IMG/VR virus record: IMGVR_UViG_3300045988_132810
Coordinates: 32,001 to 96,000 of that record
Source: a virus
DNA length: 64,000 nt
Reading direction: 5' to 3' (one strand)
The translations under genes and the position numbers were made by a program. Positions 17,173 through 26,700 of the stretch are shown in pieces (the stretch's first letter is position 1; each line of letters opens with the position of its first letter). Under the pieces are notes generated by a model. That model was given only the letters and a program-made list of their open reading frames with translations. It was not told the DNA's origin and did no database searches.

Positions 17173-18412
17173 TATGATTTATGGAATTGGCGACAAGCCG
17201 CCGTTTGGGAAAATGATACTCTTTGGAGTACAAATGGTGTTGTCTGTGTTCGTTGCCACAGTGCTTATTGCAAACATTTGTGGAATTGCTACGTCTGGAG
17301 CACTTATAGGAGCAGCACTTTCAACTTTTATTTACATCTTTATAACTAAAGGCCAATCTCCTATGTTCCTAAGTAACAGCGGAGCCTTCGTCGCACCAGT
17401 ATTGTTTGCACTTAGTATAGGTGGTTATACTGGTATAGCAATTGGAGGTTTAACGGCATGTATTGTATATTGTATTTTGGGATTCATCTTCACTAAAATT
17501 CCATACCAATCAATTTACAAGGTGTTCCCTCCAGCTCTTATTGGCGCTGTCACAACAGTAATTGGAGTGAATCTAATGGGATTCATTTCTGGCTATGTTG
17601 GAGAAACTGGACAGTGGGGAATCGTTGTGGCACTAATTACAACATTCTCTATTGCACTTATTTCTCATTATGCTAAAGGTATTGTGAGAATACTGCCATT
17701 TTTGCTTGGTATATTAATTGGATATGCAATCGCCGTACTCCTTACAGTTACAGGAGTATGTGCCCTTGTAGACTTTTCCGTATTTAATAATCTTAAATTT
17801 GTACAAATGCCAGATTTTGCTTTTACTCATTGGGGAGCAATTGAATGGAGTACTATTATCCCTATAGCTGTTATGTTTATAGCATATACTGTGTCTGCTT
17901 GTATGGAAGCTCTTAGTGACCATGCAGCACTAGGCGGAATTATCGGAATAGATCTTTATTCAAAGCCCGGACTTGGGAGAATCTTCTTTGGTGAAGGACT
18001 AGGCAATTTAATTAGTGCATGCTTTGGCGGTCTTGGCTCATGTAGTTACGGAGAAAGTGTGGCGACGATTGGATTCAGTCGTGTAGCATCTGTATGTGTA
18101 ACAGCAACCGCAGCAGTTCTACTCGGACTACTTGGTTTTGTTGCTCCAGTTCAAGCATTTATCGCTTCAATTCCAAGCTGTGTATTTGCAGGAGCGGCTA
18201 TTATTCTTTATGGCTTTATCGCATGTTCTGGTGTTAAGATGCTACAGAAAGTAAATCTTAATGTACAGAAGAATCTGATTATAGTATCTGCAGTTTTGTC
18301 TCTTGGCATCAGTGGGCTAGTTGTTGGTGGTAAAATAATATCATTCTCTGCAACTGCACTAGCTTTGATTGTCGGCGTAATTCTTAATCTAATTCTTCGT
18401 GACAAGGAGTGA
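17159..18412 (+). CDS. nucleobase:cation symporter-2 family permease (uracil/xanthine permease-like)
   Basis: 417-aa polytopic membrane protein. Segments such as SNSGAFVAPVL and VFPPALIGAVTTVIGVNLMGF closely resemble the UraA-type SSFAFISPVL and LFPPAAMGAIVAVIGLELAGV. Confidence 0.8.
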   Translation: MGTSNMIYGIGDKPPFGKMILFGVQMVLSVFVATVLIANICGIATSGALIGAALSTFIYIFITKGQSPMFLSNSGAFVAPVLFALSIGGYTGIAIGGLTACIVYCILGFIFTKIPYQSIYKVFPPALIGAVTTVIGVNLMGFISGYVGETGQWGIVVALITTFSIALISHYAKGIVRILPFLLGILIGYAIAVLLTVTGVCALVDFSVFNNLKFVQMPDFAFTHWGAIEWSTIIPIAVMFIAYTVSACMEALSDHAALGGIIGIDLYSKPGLGRIFFGEGLGNLISACFGGLGSCSYGESVATIGFSRVASVCVTATAAVLLGLLGFVAPVQAFIASIPSCVFAGAAIILYGFIACSGVKMLQKVNLNVQKNLIIVSAVLSLGISGLVVGGKIISFSATALALIVGVILNLILRDKE

Positions 18413-18417
18413 CAAAT

Positions 18418-18966
18418 ATGCACACAATTTTCCTAATTGTTGGCAAGAGTGGGTCTGGAAAAGACTCACTCGTTAACCAGCTATGTAAAGAACATGGATA
18501 TAGACAGCTTAAATCATATGCAACCCGCGCTCGTAGAGATGGAGAGGGAGATACTCATACATTTATTACACCAGAGGAAGTAGCTCAGTATAAAGATCAA
18601 ATGGTTGCTTATACGTGCATCTCTGGTTATGAATATTTCTCAACAAAGCAGCAATTACTAGATTCAGATTTTTATGTAATCGACTATAGAGGGATCGAGT
18701 ATATGCACAATCTCTCGCTTGATCTTTCTGATGTTCGATTCGTAACTATCTATATTCACGTACCAGATGAAGTTCGTGAAGAACGAGCCATTAATGGACG
18801 AAAAGATGATGCACTAACCTTCTATAAACGTTGTTTTAATGAAAATGAACAGTTCACAGAAATGATAATGAGAGATGATTTTGATTACGCAATTTCAAAT
18901 ATTAATTTTGATAAAGCATACAAGGTTCTTAAAACAATTGTAGAGGAGGAGCTAAAAAATGATTAA
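18418..18966 (+). CDS. guanylate-kinase-like P-loop nucleotide kinase
   Basis: P-loop GKSGSGKDS, followed by SYATRARRDGEGDTHTFITPEE (compare guanylate-kinase S-TTR-PR-GE--G--Y-F). AAGGAG lies 8 nt upstream of ATG 18418. Confidence 0.65.
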   Translation: MHTIFLIVGKSGSGKDSLVNQLCKEHGYRQLKSYATRARRDGEGDTHTFITPEEVAQYKDQMVAYTCISGYEYFSTKQQLLDSDFYVIDYRGIEYMHNLSLDLSDVRFVTIYIHVPDEVREERAINGRKDDALTFYKRCFNENEQFTEMIMRDDFDYAISNINFDKAYKVLKTIVEEELKND

Positions 18967-19168
18967 ACGCAATATTGTAGAAACTATTTATGAATATGAC
19001 AAAGACGGCAAGTTGACGAGAAAGTCCGTCACAGAAACGCATGAGACAGATGACGAAACGAGATATCCTCTTACCAATTCTATGCTCACAACTTTATACA
19101 ACAATTGCACCACAACGACTTCGTGTGAATGCCAAGACAAGTGTGGTTCTTGTAATGATGATTTTTGA
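18959..19168 (+). CDS. hypothetical protein
   Basis: 69-aa ORF overlapping the previous stop. Last gene before the terminator. Confidence 0.45.
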   Translation: MIKRNIVETIYEYDKDGKLTRKSVTETHETDDETRYPLTNSMLTTLYNNCTTTTSCECQDKCGSCNDDF

Positions 19169-19207
19169 TTATAAAGTGCATATAAATATACAAAATTAAA
19201 TAACAAC

Positions 19208-19248
19208 ATGTCGGTAGTGTAATCTTGCATTACCGACATATTTATTTA
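19208..19248 (+). terminator. rho-independent terminator ending the early operon
   Basis: 9-bp stem ATGTCGGTA/TACCGACAT, with possible further inner pairs, followed by ATTTATTTAT. Confidence 0.55.
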
Positions 19249-19269
19249 TCAAAAATGCAATGATATAAT
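19238..19269 (+). promoter_or_regulatory. possible extended -10 promoter for the excisionase-like gene
   Basis: TGaTATAAT at 19261-19269. The -35 region is weak and AT-rich. Confidence 0.4.
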
Positions 19270-19304
19270 GTAAAATAGAGCAAATATGATAGGAGAGTGA
19301 TAAT

Positions 19305-19499
19305 ATGAAATACATAACAGTAAAACAGTTATATGAAAAATTAAACGCAGAGCATCCGGGATTAATAGGAATTAATAGTGTTTACGAACTTGTCAAACGT
19401 AAAGATTTCCCATCAGTAAGAAACGGACGAAAATTTCTTATTATTGAGGACAAAGTTGATGAATGGTTTGAAAAGAAAAGTTTAGCTTATAAAAGATAG
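19305..19499 (+). CDS. xis: excisionase / helix-turn-helix DNA-binding protein
   Basis: 64 aa. ITVKQLYEKL...SVYELVKRKDFPSVRNGRKFLIIEDKVDEWFEKK fits the excisionase-family HTH pattern. Lies next to attP and int. Confidence 0.65.
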   Translation: MKYITVKQLYEKLNAEHPGLIGINSVYELVKRKDFPSVRNGRKFLIIEDKVDEWFEKKSLAYKR

Positions 19500-19515
19500 A
19501 TAAACTATATTGAAT

Positions 19516-19562
19516 TGTGGTCAAAAGATGTGGTACAATAAAATTGTGGTAAATGATGTGGT
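19516..19562 (+). repeat. four direct (A/T)TGTGGT(A/C) repeats (candidate integrase arm-type sites)
   Basis: TGTGGT at 19516, 19529, 19545 and 19557, all in the same orientation. Confidence 0.6.
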
Positions 19563-19809
19563 CATTCAGCAAAAACATATCACTTAAATCTAGGAGAATC
19601 AATGACTTGAGTTGTTTTTATTTATGGACACTTATGATTCATATAGCCTGAGAAACAGCCATAAAAACATAATAGAACAGCTATTCACAAACACAAGTCT
19701 AAAGCATTGGAGCTAGAATATATGCTGGTTTAAGCTTGCTTTGGAAGAAAATTGTATTCACTCGATATCACCAATAATCTTGTACTGTTATGATAAATAA
19801 TCAAAAAAT

Positions 19810-19837
19810 TGTGGTATTATTGTGGTACGATTGTGAA
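19810..19837 (+). repeat. two to three direct TTGTGGTA repeats (candidate arm-type sites)
   Basis: TGTGGT at 19810 and 19821, plus a degenerate TTGTGAA at 19831. Confidence 0.55.
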
Positions 19838-19928
19838 TAAAAATTGCCATTGACCATATTGTTTTCATCAAATATAATAATGATATGAACTATAATTTTG
19901 TATTGTTAGAAAATGGAGGAATATATTT

Positions 19929-21071
19929 ATGGCAAAGAAAAGAAGTAATGGGGAAGGATCGTGGACGCAAAGAGACAATGGCACTTGGAAATTGTCTGTA
20001 GCTTATAAAGGAATAGGAAGAAAATATTTTTACGGGGACAAGCAAACTTGTTTAAAGAAAAAACGTGAATTTGAAGTATTACTTAATAAAAATATCGTTG
20101 GGAATAAGGATATATTATTTGAAGATTTTATTCATTCTTGGCTTTTCACAGTCAAACAGCCAACATTGAAACCTTCATCATTTGATAGAATGGAACGTGT
20201 ATTAAAAGAAAAACATGTGACAAGATTATATAATTTAGAAATGAAACAAATAGATGGACATTTAATTCAAACTTTTATTATTAATAAAATGAAAGACGAT
20301 GGGCTCGCATATGAAACAATTAAGAAAACATGTTCTGTATTAGGAGAAATATTCAATTATGCATTACTACGAGAAAAGATTGATAGAAACCCGATGGGGG
20401 AAGTTAGACTACCAAAAAAGTCGCTATTTGTACAAAAAGAAAGAAGATATTTGTCTCAACAAGAAAGAGAAAAATTAATACAAACATGCTATTCTAGGCA
20501 TAAAAATGGAGTGCGTATTTATAAGAATGGCGCTTTGTATGTATTTTTACTATATACTGGATGCAGAGTTGGAGAAGCTTTAGCTTTAAGGTGGAGCGAC
20601 ATTGATTTTGAAACGCGTACTGCGAAAATTTATAAAACTGTCGCTCGTATCAATGACAGAAGCAAGAGTAAAAATAAGACCATTGAAATTGTATCCAATT
20701 CTACAAAAACAGGAGTCGCAAGAACTATTTATTTGTCAGACATGGCAATTGCTGCGTTAAGAGATCTGCAAGAGCAGATTGGATGGGAGCCAAACGGATA
20801 CATTGTCCATGTGAATCATACAAAACCAATTTGTAAAGTCGCTGCACAAAACACATTTGATCGTATTATTAATAGAGCAGGAATAAAGCATTGTGGAGTC
20901 CACGCACTTAGGCACTCTTTTGTGAGCTTAATGTTACACAACAATGTCCCGATAACAATGATATCTCAAATGGTTGGGCATTTAAATATAAATATGACAA
21001 TGCAGGTCTATTCTCATTTGCTAGACGAAACTAAAATTGAGTCTATGTCAATTATAAAAAACATTAAATAA
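19929..21071 (+). CDS. int: tyrosine recombinase / phage integrase
   Basis: Catalytic signature TGCRVGEALALRWSDID (Arg), HALRHSF (H-x-x-R) and VGHLNINMTMQVYSHL (His...Tyr). GGAGG upstream. Confidence 0.93.
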   Translation: MAKKRSNGEGSWTQRDNGTWKLSVAYKGIGRKYFYGDKQTCLKKKREFEVLLNKNIVGNKDILFEDFIHSWLFTVKQPTLKPSSFDRMERVLKEKHVTRLYNLEMKQIDGHLIQTFIINKMKDDGLAYETIKKTCSVLGEIFNYALLREKIDRNPMGEVRLPKKSLFVQKERRYLSQQEREKLIQTCYSRHKNGVRIYKNGALYVFLLYTGCRVGEALALRWSDIDFETRTAKIYKTVARINDRSKSKNKTIEIVSNSTKTGVARTIYLSDMAIAALRDLQEQIGWEPNGYIVHVNHTKPICKVAAQNTFDRIINRAGIKHCGVHALRHSFVSLMLHNNVPITMISQMVGHLNINMTMQVYSHLLDETKIESMSIIKNIK

Positions 21072-21176
21072 CAGGATGTTCTTTATAATTGACATTAACT
21101 CCACTCCCCTACTGCCAACTTCAAAAAGGTGCCATCACTTTGTCAATTTTACCCCTAGTTTTTGCTATAAGGGTGA

Positions 21177-21205
21177 TTGCACTTTTTAACGAAAAATGTT
21201 ATGAT
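21177..21205 (+). promoter_or_regulatory. sigma-70-type promoter with extended -10
   Basis: TTGCAC, a 17-nt spacer, then TGtTATGAT, upstream of the RHH gene. Confidence 0.5.
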
Positions 21206-21228
21206 ATTCATATAAAGGTGGTGTGAAT

Positions 21229-21390
21229 ATGACATGCAAACCGGGAACAAAATCCATTACATTTAGGCTTCCAGAAGAAGAAAAATTCCAAATAGAGCTT
21301 GCAGCTCACGCAGAGAATAGGTCAGTGAATAATTGGATACTAAATGTGATTAGAATTCATTTAAAAGCGCAGCAGGGCGCAAAAAAATAG
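21229..21390 (+). CDS. ribbon-helix-helix (Arc/CopG-like) DNA-binding protein, 53 aa
   Basis: SITFRLPEEEKFQIELAAHAENRSVNNWILNVIRIHL fits an RHH beta-alpha-alpha pattern. AAGGTGG upstream. Below the ORF-track cutoff. Confidence 0.6.
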   Translation: MTCKPGTKSITFRLPEEEKFQIELAAHAENRSVNNWILNVIRIHLKAQQGAKK

Positions 21391-21419
21391 GGACTAGAGA
21401 TTTTATTCTCTAGTCCCTA
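21388..21419. terminator. bidirectional terminator at the convergent junction
   Basis: Perfect 13-bp stem TAGGGACTAGAGA/TCTCTAGTCCCTA. An A7 run on the + side gives T7 after the hairpin on the - strand. Confidence 0.7.
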
Positions 21420-21427
21420 AGCGTTTA

Positions 21428-21946
21428 TTATGCTTTTAACCAATCTTGGCTCTCATAATATTTCGTAATGGTATGATATAGTTCTGACCCCATAGAATTA
21501 CAATGAAGCTCATTAATATACTTCGAATAGATTTCATCAATATGATTTTTCTCTTCTGGATAAAGTTTTATTCCACGAGCACATCTAGACACACATTCAG
21601 ACAACTCTGCCTTGATCCGATCCCGCTCATTTTCAAAGACTCTATTGTCAAGCGTACACAACTTAGAATCAACGTTATTCAGTCTCGTATCAACATCTTT
21701 TAGATGATTGATAATTTGTTCATCCGCTTTCTTGCTTTTCGTTTCTTGCTGATCAATCTTGTATTCTAAATTATTAAGCTGCTTCGTATGAGCTTTCATC
21801 GTATTAGTTAGCTCCTCGGCATTTGTTGTGTTTCTGAGCCATGTTTCTATTTTTTTTCTTATTGGTTTAATCAGAACGCCCAAGAACGCAACGATTACCA
21901 TAATCCCGCTTATTAGGCTGGATATGTTTGTAATTAAATCTATCAT
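21428..21946 (-). CDS. hypothetical membrane-anchored coiled-coil protein
   Basis: N-terminal hydrophobic helix (ISSLISGIMVIVAFLGVLI) followed by a coiled-coil-like region. Last gene of the late strand. Confidence 0.6.
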   Translation of the reverse strand: MIDLITNISSLISGIMVIVAFLGVLIKPIRKKIETWLRNTTNAEELTNTMKAHTKQLNNLEYKIDQQETKSKKADEQIINHLKDVDTRLNNVDSKLCTLDNRVFENERDRIKAELSECVSRCARGIKLYPEEKNHIDEIYSKYINELHCNSMGSELYHTITKYYESQDWLKA

Positions 21947-21973
21947 TGTTTATATCACTCCAAACAATATAAT

Positions 21974-23752
21974 TTATTCTCCTTTTAATATATCAATCTC
22001 GCGCTGAAGTTCTTGGCATTTTTTTACTAGTAACGGGATAATCTCATCATAGGCTAATGAATAATTTTTATGTTCTTTTGTACTTTCATCTTCGTCATAA
22101 TGAACAATTCCCGTTTTCTGTTTTGATTCATTTGAACTTAATAGTACTTGCTCTACATCTTGTGCGATAAATCCATAATGTATTGTATCAGAATCGTCAT
22201 TCTTTAATACATATTGAACCGGCTTTAGCTTGTCAATGATGTCAATATCAATATCGTTAATGTCGCGCTTTAAATTTCTATCAGAATCCACTTGTGGAGA
22301 CGAAGCAAAACTTGCTGCCCATTCACAGCGGAATAACCCTTTGTTGTCAGCTTGTTTTTGTGCAAAACCACCAATTGCAATTGAGCTATTGTCACCAGAA
22401 ATATTTAATGGTACATTCTTTGTCCCAACATTTGTGTAAAACATAGCGTATTGACCAACACTGTCAGAAATAACAATTTTGAAATCATATGCGGTGTCTA
22501 CAGCGAAAGAAGCATCTTTATACGTATATGTGTAGCTAGTTCTATCACTCTCGTCATCTTTCACAATAACACTATTTGATTCGGAATACGTAGCATCTGA
22601 ACGTTTTTTACTATATGCTTTAATTTTGATATTGTTATTGTCACCTAACGTATAAAACGACGCATTTAACTGGTGCGTAACATATTGCCCAGACCCATTC
22701 ATGCTACCATCTGCGTTGCTTCTAAACGAAGTTATTGAAGTAATAGTTGGGGGATTATAATCACTAACATAAATACTTTGAGTCTTAGTCGCAGTTCTAC
22801 CACGACTATCTGTTATTGTGACAGTGTATATTTTAGTTCCACAAGTTGTTAAAGTAGCACTTGTTGCCATATAAGATCTAGATGAAATTGTAGACGTATA
22901 AGACAAATTTGGGCCACTAATTACACATTTACGTATTGTTGAACCGTATATTCCAGAAGCAGATACGGCCCACTGTACAGTTGAATTATTTTTAACATAT
23001 AACCCACATCCAGAAGGCTTAGTACTTGCAATAGACGATGTAAAAGCACTTATAGAAGGTCTCACATCAGAAGGGACTTTTAAAGTAAAATTAATAGATT
23101 TTTTTCCAACCTCTGTATTCCCATTATATGTTATACATGTTAATGTTCCTGTGCCTGATTCAGAATTAGGGATTTGGGATGCTAATTGCTTAGAAAGAGG
23201 AGTCCATGTTACAGATGAATTTGAAGTTTGCGAAACAATTGTTCCATTTTCATTTCCAAAAGACCAAACTAATGTGTGAGTAAAAGAAGATTCTGCTTTT
23301 GATATTTGGATAGTTATTGTAGAATCCATTGTACTCCCACTTACACTAATACTTGAAGCTCTTGGAATTTGAGGAAGATTAATATAATAGTCATATCTCG
23401 TACTGCTGATCGCATATGTATAAAGAGCTGCCTCTGCCCATGCAGAAAATGATTGTGTCCCATTGGAATTATGAGTTAAAGTGAAGCTTCCTGAACCTAA
23501 CGGTTGGTCGACATACATTTTAAACCTGTCAGCTCGACTCACTACAGTAACTCCTGCGATACTAACAGTTATTGGGCCAGCCATAACATAGTGGCCACCA
23601 TATCCACCAGCAGATGTAACAGTCCAATATATGGTTGATGTATTATTTGCAACACTTTGAGAAGAAGACCATTCTACTCTAATTCTATTTGGGAATGCAT
23701 CACCAACATCATATACACTTGTCTCAAACGCACCACTTGATGCAGTTGCCAT
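21974..23752 (-). CDS. tail fibre/spike protein with C-terminal intramolecular chaperone (peptidase S74-type) domain
   Basis: The C-terminus DSDRNLKRDINDIDIDIIDKLKPVQYVLKNDDSDTIHYGFIAQDVEQVL...YDEIIPLLVKKCQELQ matches the S74 auto-cleaving chaperone pattern. Ser/Thr-rich repeats lie upstream. Confidence 0.8.
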   Translation of the reverse strand: MATASSGAFETSVYDVGDAFPNRIRVEWSSSQSVANNTSTIYWTVTSAGGYGGHYVMAGPITVSIAGVTVVSRADRFKMYVDQPLGSGSFTLTHNSNGTQSFSAWAEAALYTYAISSTRYDYYINLPQIPRASSISVSGSTMDSTITIQISKAESSFTHTLVWSFGNENGTIVSQTSNSSVTWTPLSKQLASQIPNSESGTGTLTCITYNGNTEVGKKSINFTLKVPSDVRPSISAFTSSIASTKPSGCGLYVKNNSTVQWAVSASGIYGSTIRKCVISGPNLSYTSTISSRSYMATSATLTTCGTKIYTVTITDSRGRTATKTQSIYVSDYNPPTITSITSFRSNADGSMNGSGQYVTHQLNASFYTLGDNNNIKIKAYSKKRSDATYSESNSVIVKDDESDRTSYTYTYKDASFAVDTAYDFKIVISDSVGQYAMFYTNVGTKNVPLNISGDNSSIAIGGFAQKQADNKGLFRCEWAASFASSPQVDSDRNLKRDINDIDIDIIDKLKPVQYVLKNDDSDTIHYGFIAQDVEQVLLSSNESKQKTGIVHYDEDESTKEHKNYSLAYDEIIPLLVKKCQELQREIDILKGE

Positions 23753-23769
23753 ATAATATCACCTCCACG

Positions 23770-26700
23770 TTATTGTATTGCGACAATAGATAAGCTTCCA
23801 TTGCTTTCTATTTGAAGTTTAAAATTGCCTAAAGAAATAGATGATAGTTTCTCTTCTGTGCCAACTTTTAAACTACCATCAATTTCTGCTTGTTTCATGT
23901 ATGCAGTATCATTCGCAAAATAAGTAATTGGAATACCAAATTTAATTTCTGGATCTGCAAAATTTTCACCAATTGAACTTATCGGCTTATATTGGGCAGA
24001 CAAAAAATCTGGATTTTTATAATAGTCGTAATAAGTATCATTGTTTTCTTGGTGGATATATAAAATATAATCATAATTATTATATCTATTGCTTTGTGTT
24101 GGTTCAGACTCTACTGTTATAATTCTCGCCTTACGACAGAATTCAATTCTTTGTGCAGAAACTCTTGAGAAATATTCCCCAGAACCGTTGTTTTCACCAA
24201 CAACTAAACCATTATCGCCATCAAAACTAAAGAAAGAAAGCTTCTCGGCGGCATCGCCTTTATTCATAGTTACCGTTCCATCTTTATCAACCATAAAAGC
24301 ATAAGAACCATCTTCCTGCTCGCCAATACAAATTTGGCCACCAACTATACTACTACCTTCGACCAGTCCAGCACGAACACAGCCTGCTAGAATGCCCCAA
24401 TATTCTTCTCCATCAATAGTATAATTACCAAATACAGACTTAGTCGTCTGGAAATTGTCGTCTGAGTATAGGAATTTATTGTTTGTAATCCAGCCCTCAT
24501 GATTATCTAATACGCCATCTACAACTTTACGAAGGTGAATACCATAATTATCCCACGACACACTTTGTCCAGCAGAATTTGATTTAATTGAAGTCGTTGC
24601 GTCAATTAATCCGTTTCTAATCCTCTCATCAATAGCAGTGGCTACGTCATAGCCTTTTTGCCAATAAGAAGAACCACTAGCAACCGCTTTACCAGCGCTA
24701 ACTGCTTGAGACAACAAATCAGCATGGATATCGCCCTGATCCTTCGCAGATAATAAGTCTCCGAAAGTACATGAGAAATTACTTAAATCAGAAAAATTCA
24801 ACTGGACTTCGAGCAATCTTGCTTTCTTGATGAAGTCATCTCGCATTTTAACTTTTACAAAATTGCCAAGGCTAAACTGATTCAGAATAGGAGCAAACTC
24901 AGGCATTGCATAGATATTTCTCATAGAAGCAGAGAAAGACAATTTTGGCTGAGAAATCTTTTTTAATTCTTTTTGTCCAGCGACTAACAATTCTTTCTGC
25001 GTATTAATCTTGTCCAAGTCAGTATCAATTTCTGAAACATAGAAGCAATCATCCGAATATTCATCTTCTCTTAGGAACAAGGACAACCTATCCAAATTCT
25101 CTGGAGTAAAATTTTTGTTAACACTTATGTCCTCTGATATTAACGTGATTTCATCATTTACTTTTTGGATCTCCGCTTGAATATCTTCAACCTTTTTTTG
25201 TTTATTCTCTAGTTCTTTATTAATGGCATTAAGCTTATTAAGATTATTTATATAAGCCTTGTATTCATCACTATCTGCGTCCTTTTTGTCCCATTCAGCA
25301 GCAATTTGTACATCTTGGATTGACAAGTATATATCTTTTGTTTCTTTGAGAGAATTAATACCTTCTGCCCCAACAACTAAGTTTCTTTCATTCCAAACAT
25401 AAGTATACTTTTGTTCATCTTTGCCCGTCTGCTTGTTCTTCACAATAGACACTTTAATCTCGCATACATAATACTTAGAAGCAACTTCATTTCCATTGTT
25501 GTCTTGGTTGACTATTTTATAAACTTCACCAAGGTTATCTATACTTGCTTCTGGCAAATAAAGTCCTGCTTGTTCAAAGTTCTCTGGAGTAACAATCTTT
25601 TCTGTAATTTTATATTCGTCAGGGACAGAATTTTCTTCAGTTAACCGACTGTCTATAAGTTCGTATAGCCTTTTTAATGTTTCAGTATAGCCTTCTACCC
25701 ACACAACATAATCTCCGGCTTTTGGCTCGTAAGAATCCAGTTTTGGAGAGACATCTGTTCTTAATATTTTGCCATCTCCCGCATTAGACTCAACAACTGA
25801 CAAAGCGTTTTCGGCCTCGATAGTCTTTACAATAAGTTTATCTCCATTTTCAAGCGCGGCATACACTGTCAATGTTTTTTTAGTTTTGTCGTACAGATAT
25901 CCATCTTCACCTTCTGAAATTGTTTCAGTTAACATCGAATCAGGGGATTTCTTTTCAACGATATGCTTTGAACCAATGTCGTTTTGTAGCATAAAATGAT
26001 TATCTAAAAATTCAGCGGAAACTGTATCTCCAATTCCTAAACTAGTGGTAATAGTTAATATGCTAGAATTAAATGTGTAATCTTCAGTAATATTGTCATT
26101 AATTCTAACAGAAGTTAATGCTTTATTACTATTTGAAACAACAAATGATTTGTTAATAGTTTTAAACAAAACTATATCGTCCTGACTGAGCCTACTATCA
26201 TTAACAACTAAACTATTTTCATTTTTGTCATAAGTATAATCATTAACGTCAACAGTTAGCTCTTGTGTCTTCCCGTCATTTGAATGGCGCAAAATACACA
26301 CTGCCGCAATATTTTCATTTGCAGACAATTGTTTAACATCGAAATGAGTGTCAATAGACGCTACAACCACAGAGCTATTTATCAAAAGATTGTCCAGAGA
26401 AATAGTTAATTTTTTAATACTATAATCGTACTCATATTGTTTAACACCAATTTCTTTGCCATCAACGAGCACAGATACTATTTTGTCTTTTGGCAGAGAT
26501 AGAGAAAAAGATTTTGGAACAAATTCTATTACAATTTGTTCTCCACTAAACAATAAGTCTAAATTAGAAACTGTGACAACATTATCCGAAAAAGTGTAGT
26601 TAACTTTCTGAGAATTAATTTTGACAGATAATATTTGTTTATCGTACTGTTGGCTTTCAAACTTATTATTAACTAAATTTATAACAACTCTATCGCTTGG

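Larger units (their letters stand above)
19500..19928 (+). other. putative attP region
   Basis: 429-nt non-coding gap between xis and int, flanked by two clusters of direct TGTGGT repeats. Also holds an inverted copy of the 14-mer at 19892-19905. Confidence 0.55.

Noticed and set aside
19500-19928. A tRNA, ncRNA or CRISPR-like array in the repeat-containing gap between xis and int.
   Set aside because: I could find no cloverleaf or T-loop (GGTTCGA-type) sequence. The repeats are only 6-8 nt with irregular spacing, which fits recombinase arm sites and not a CRISPR array.
19305-21071. The integrase locus as a prophage-host junction.
   Set aside because: Clearly phage-type genes continue on both sides without any host-like gene, so attP appears intact rather than split.
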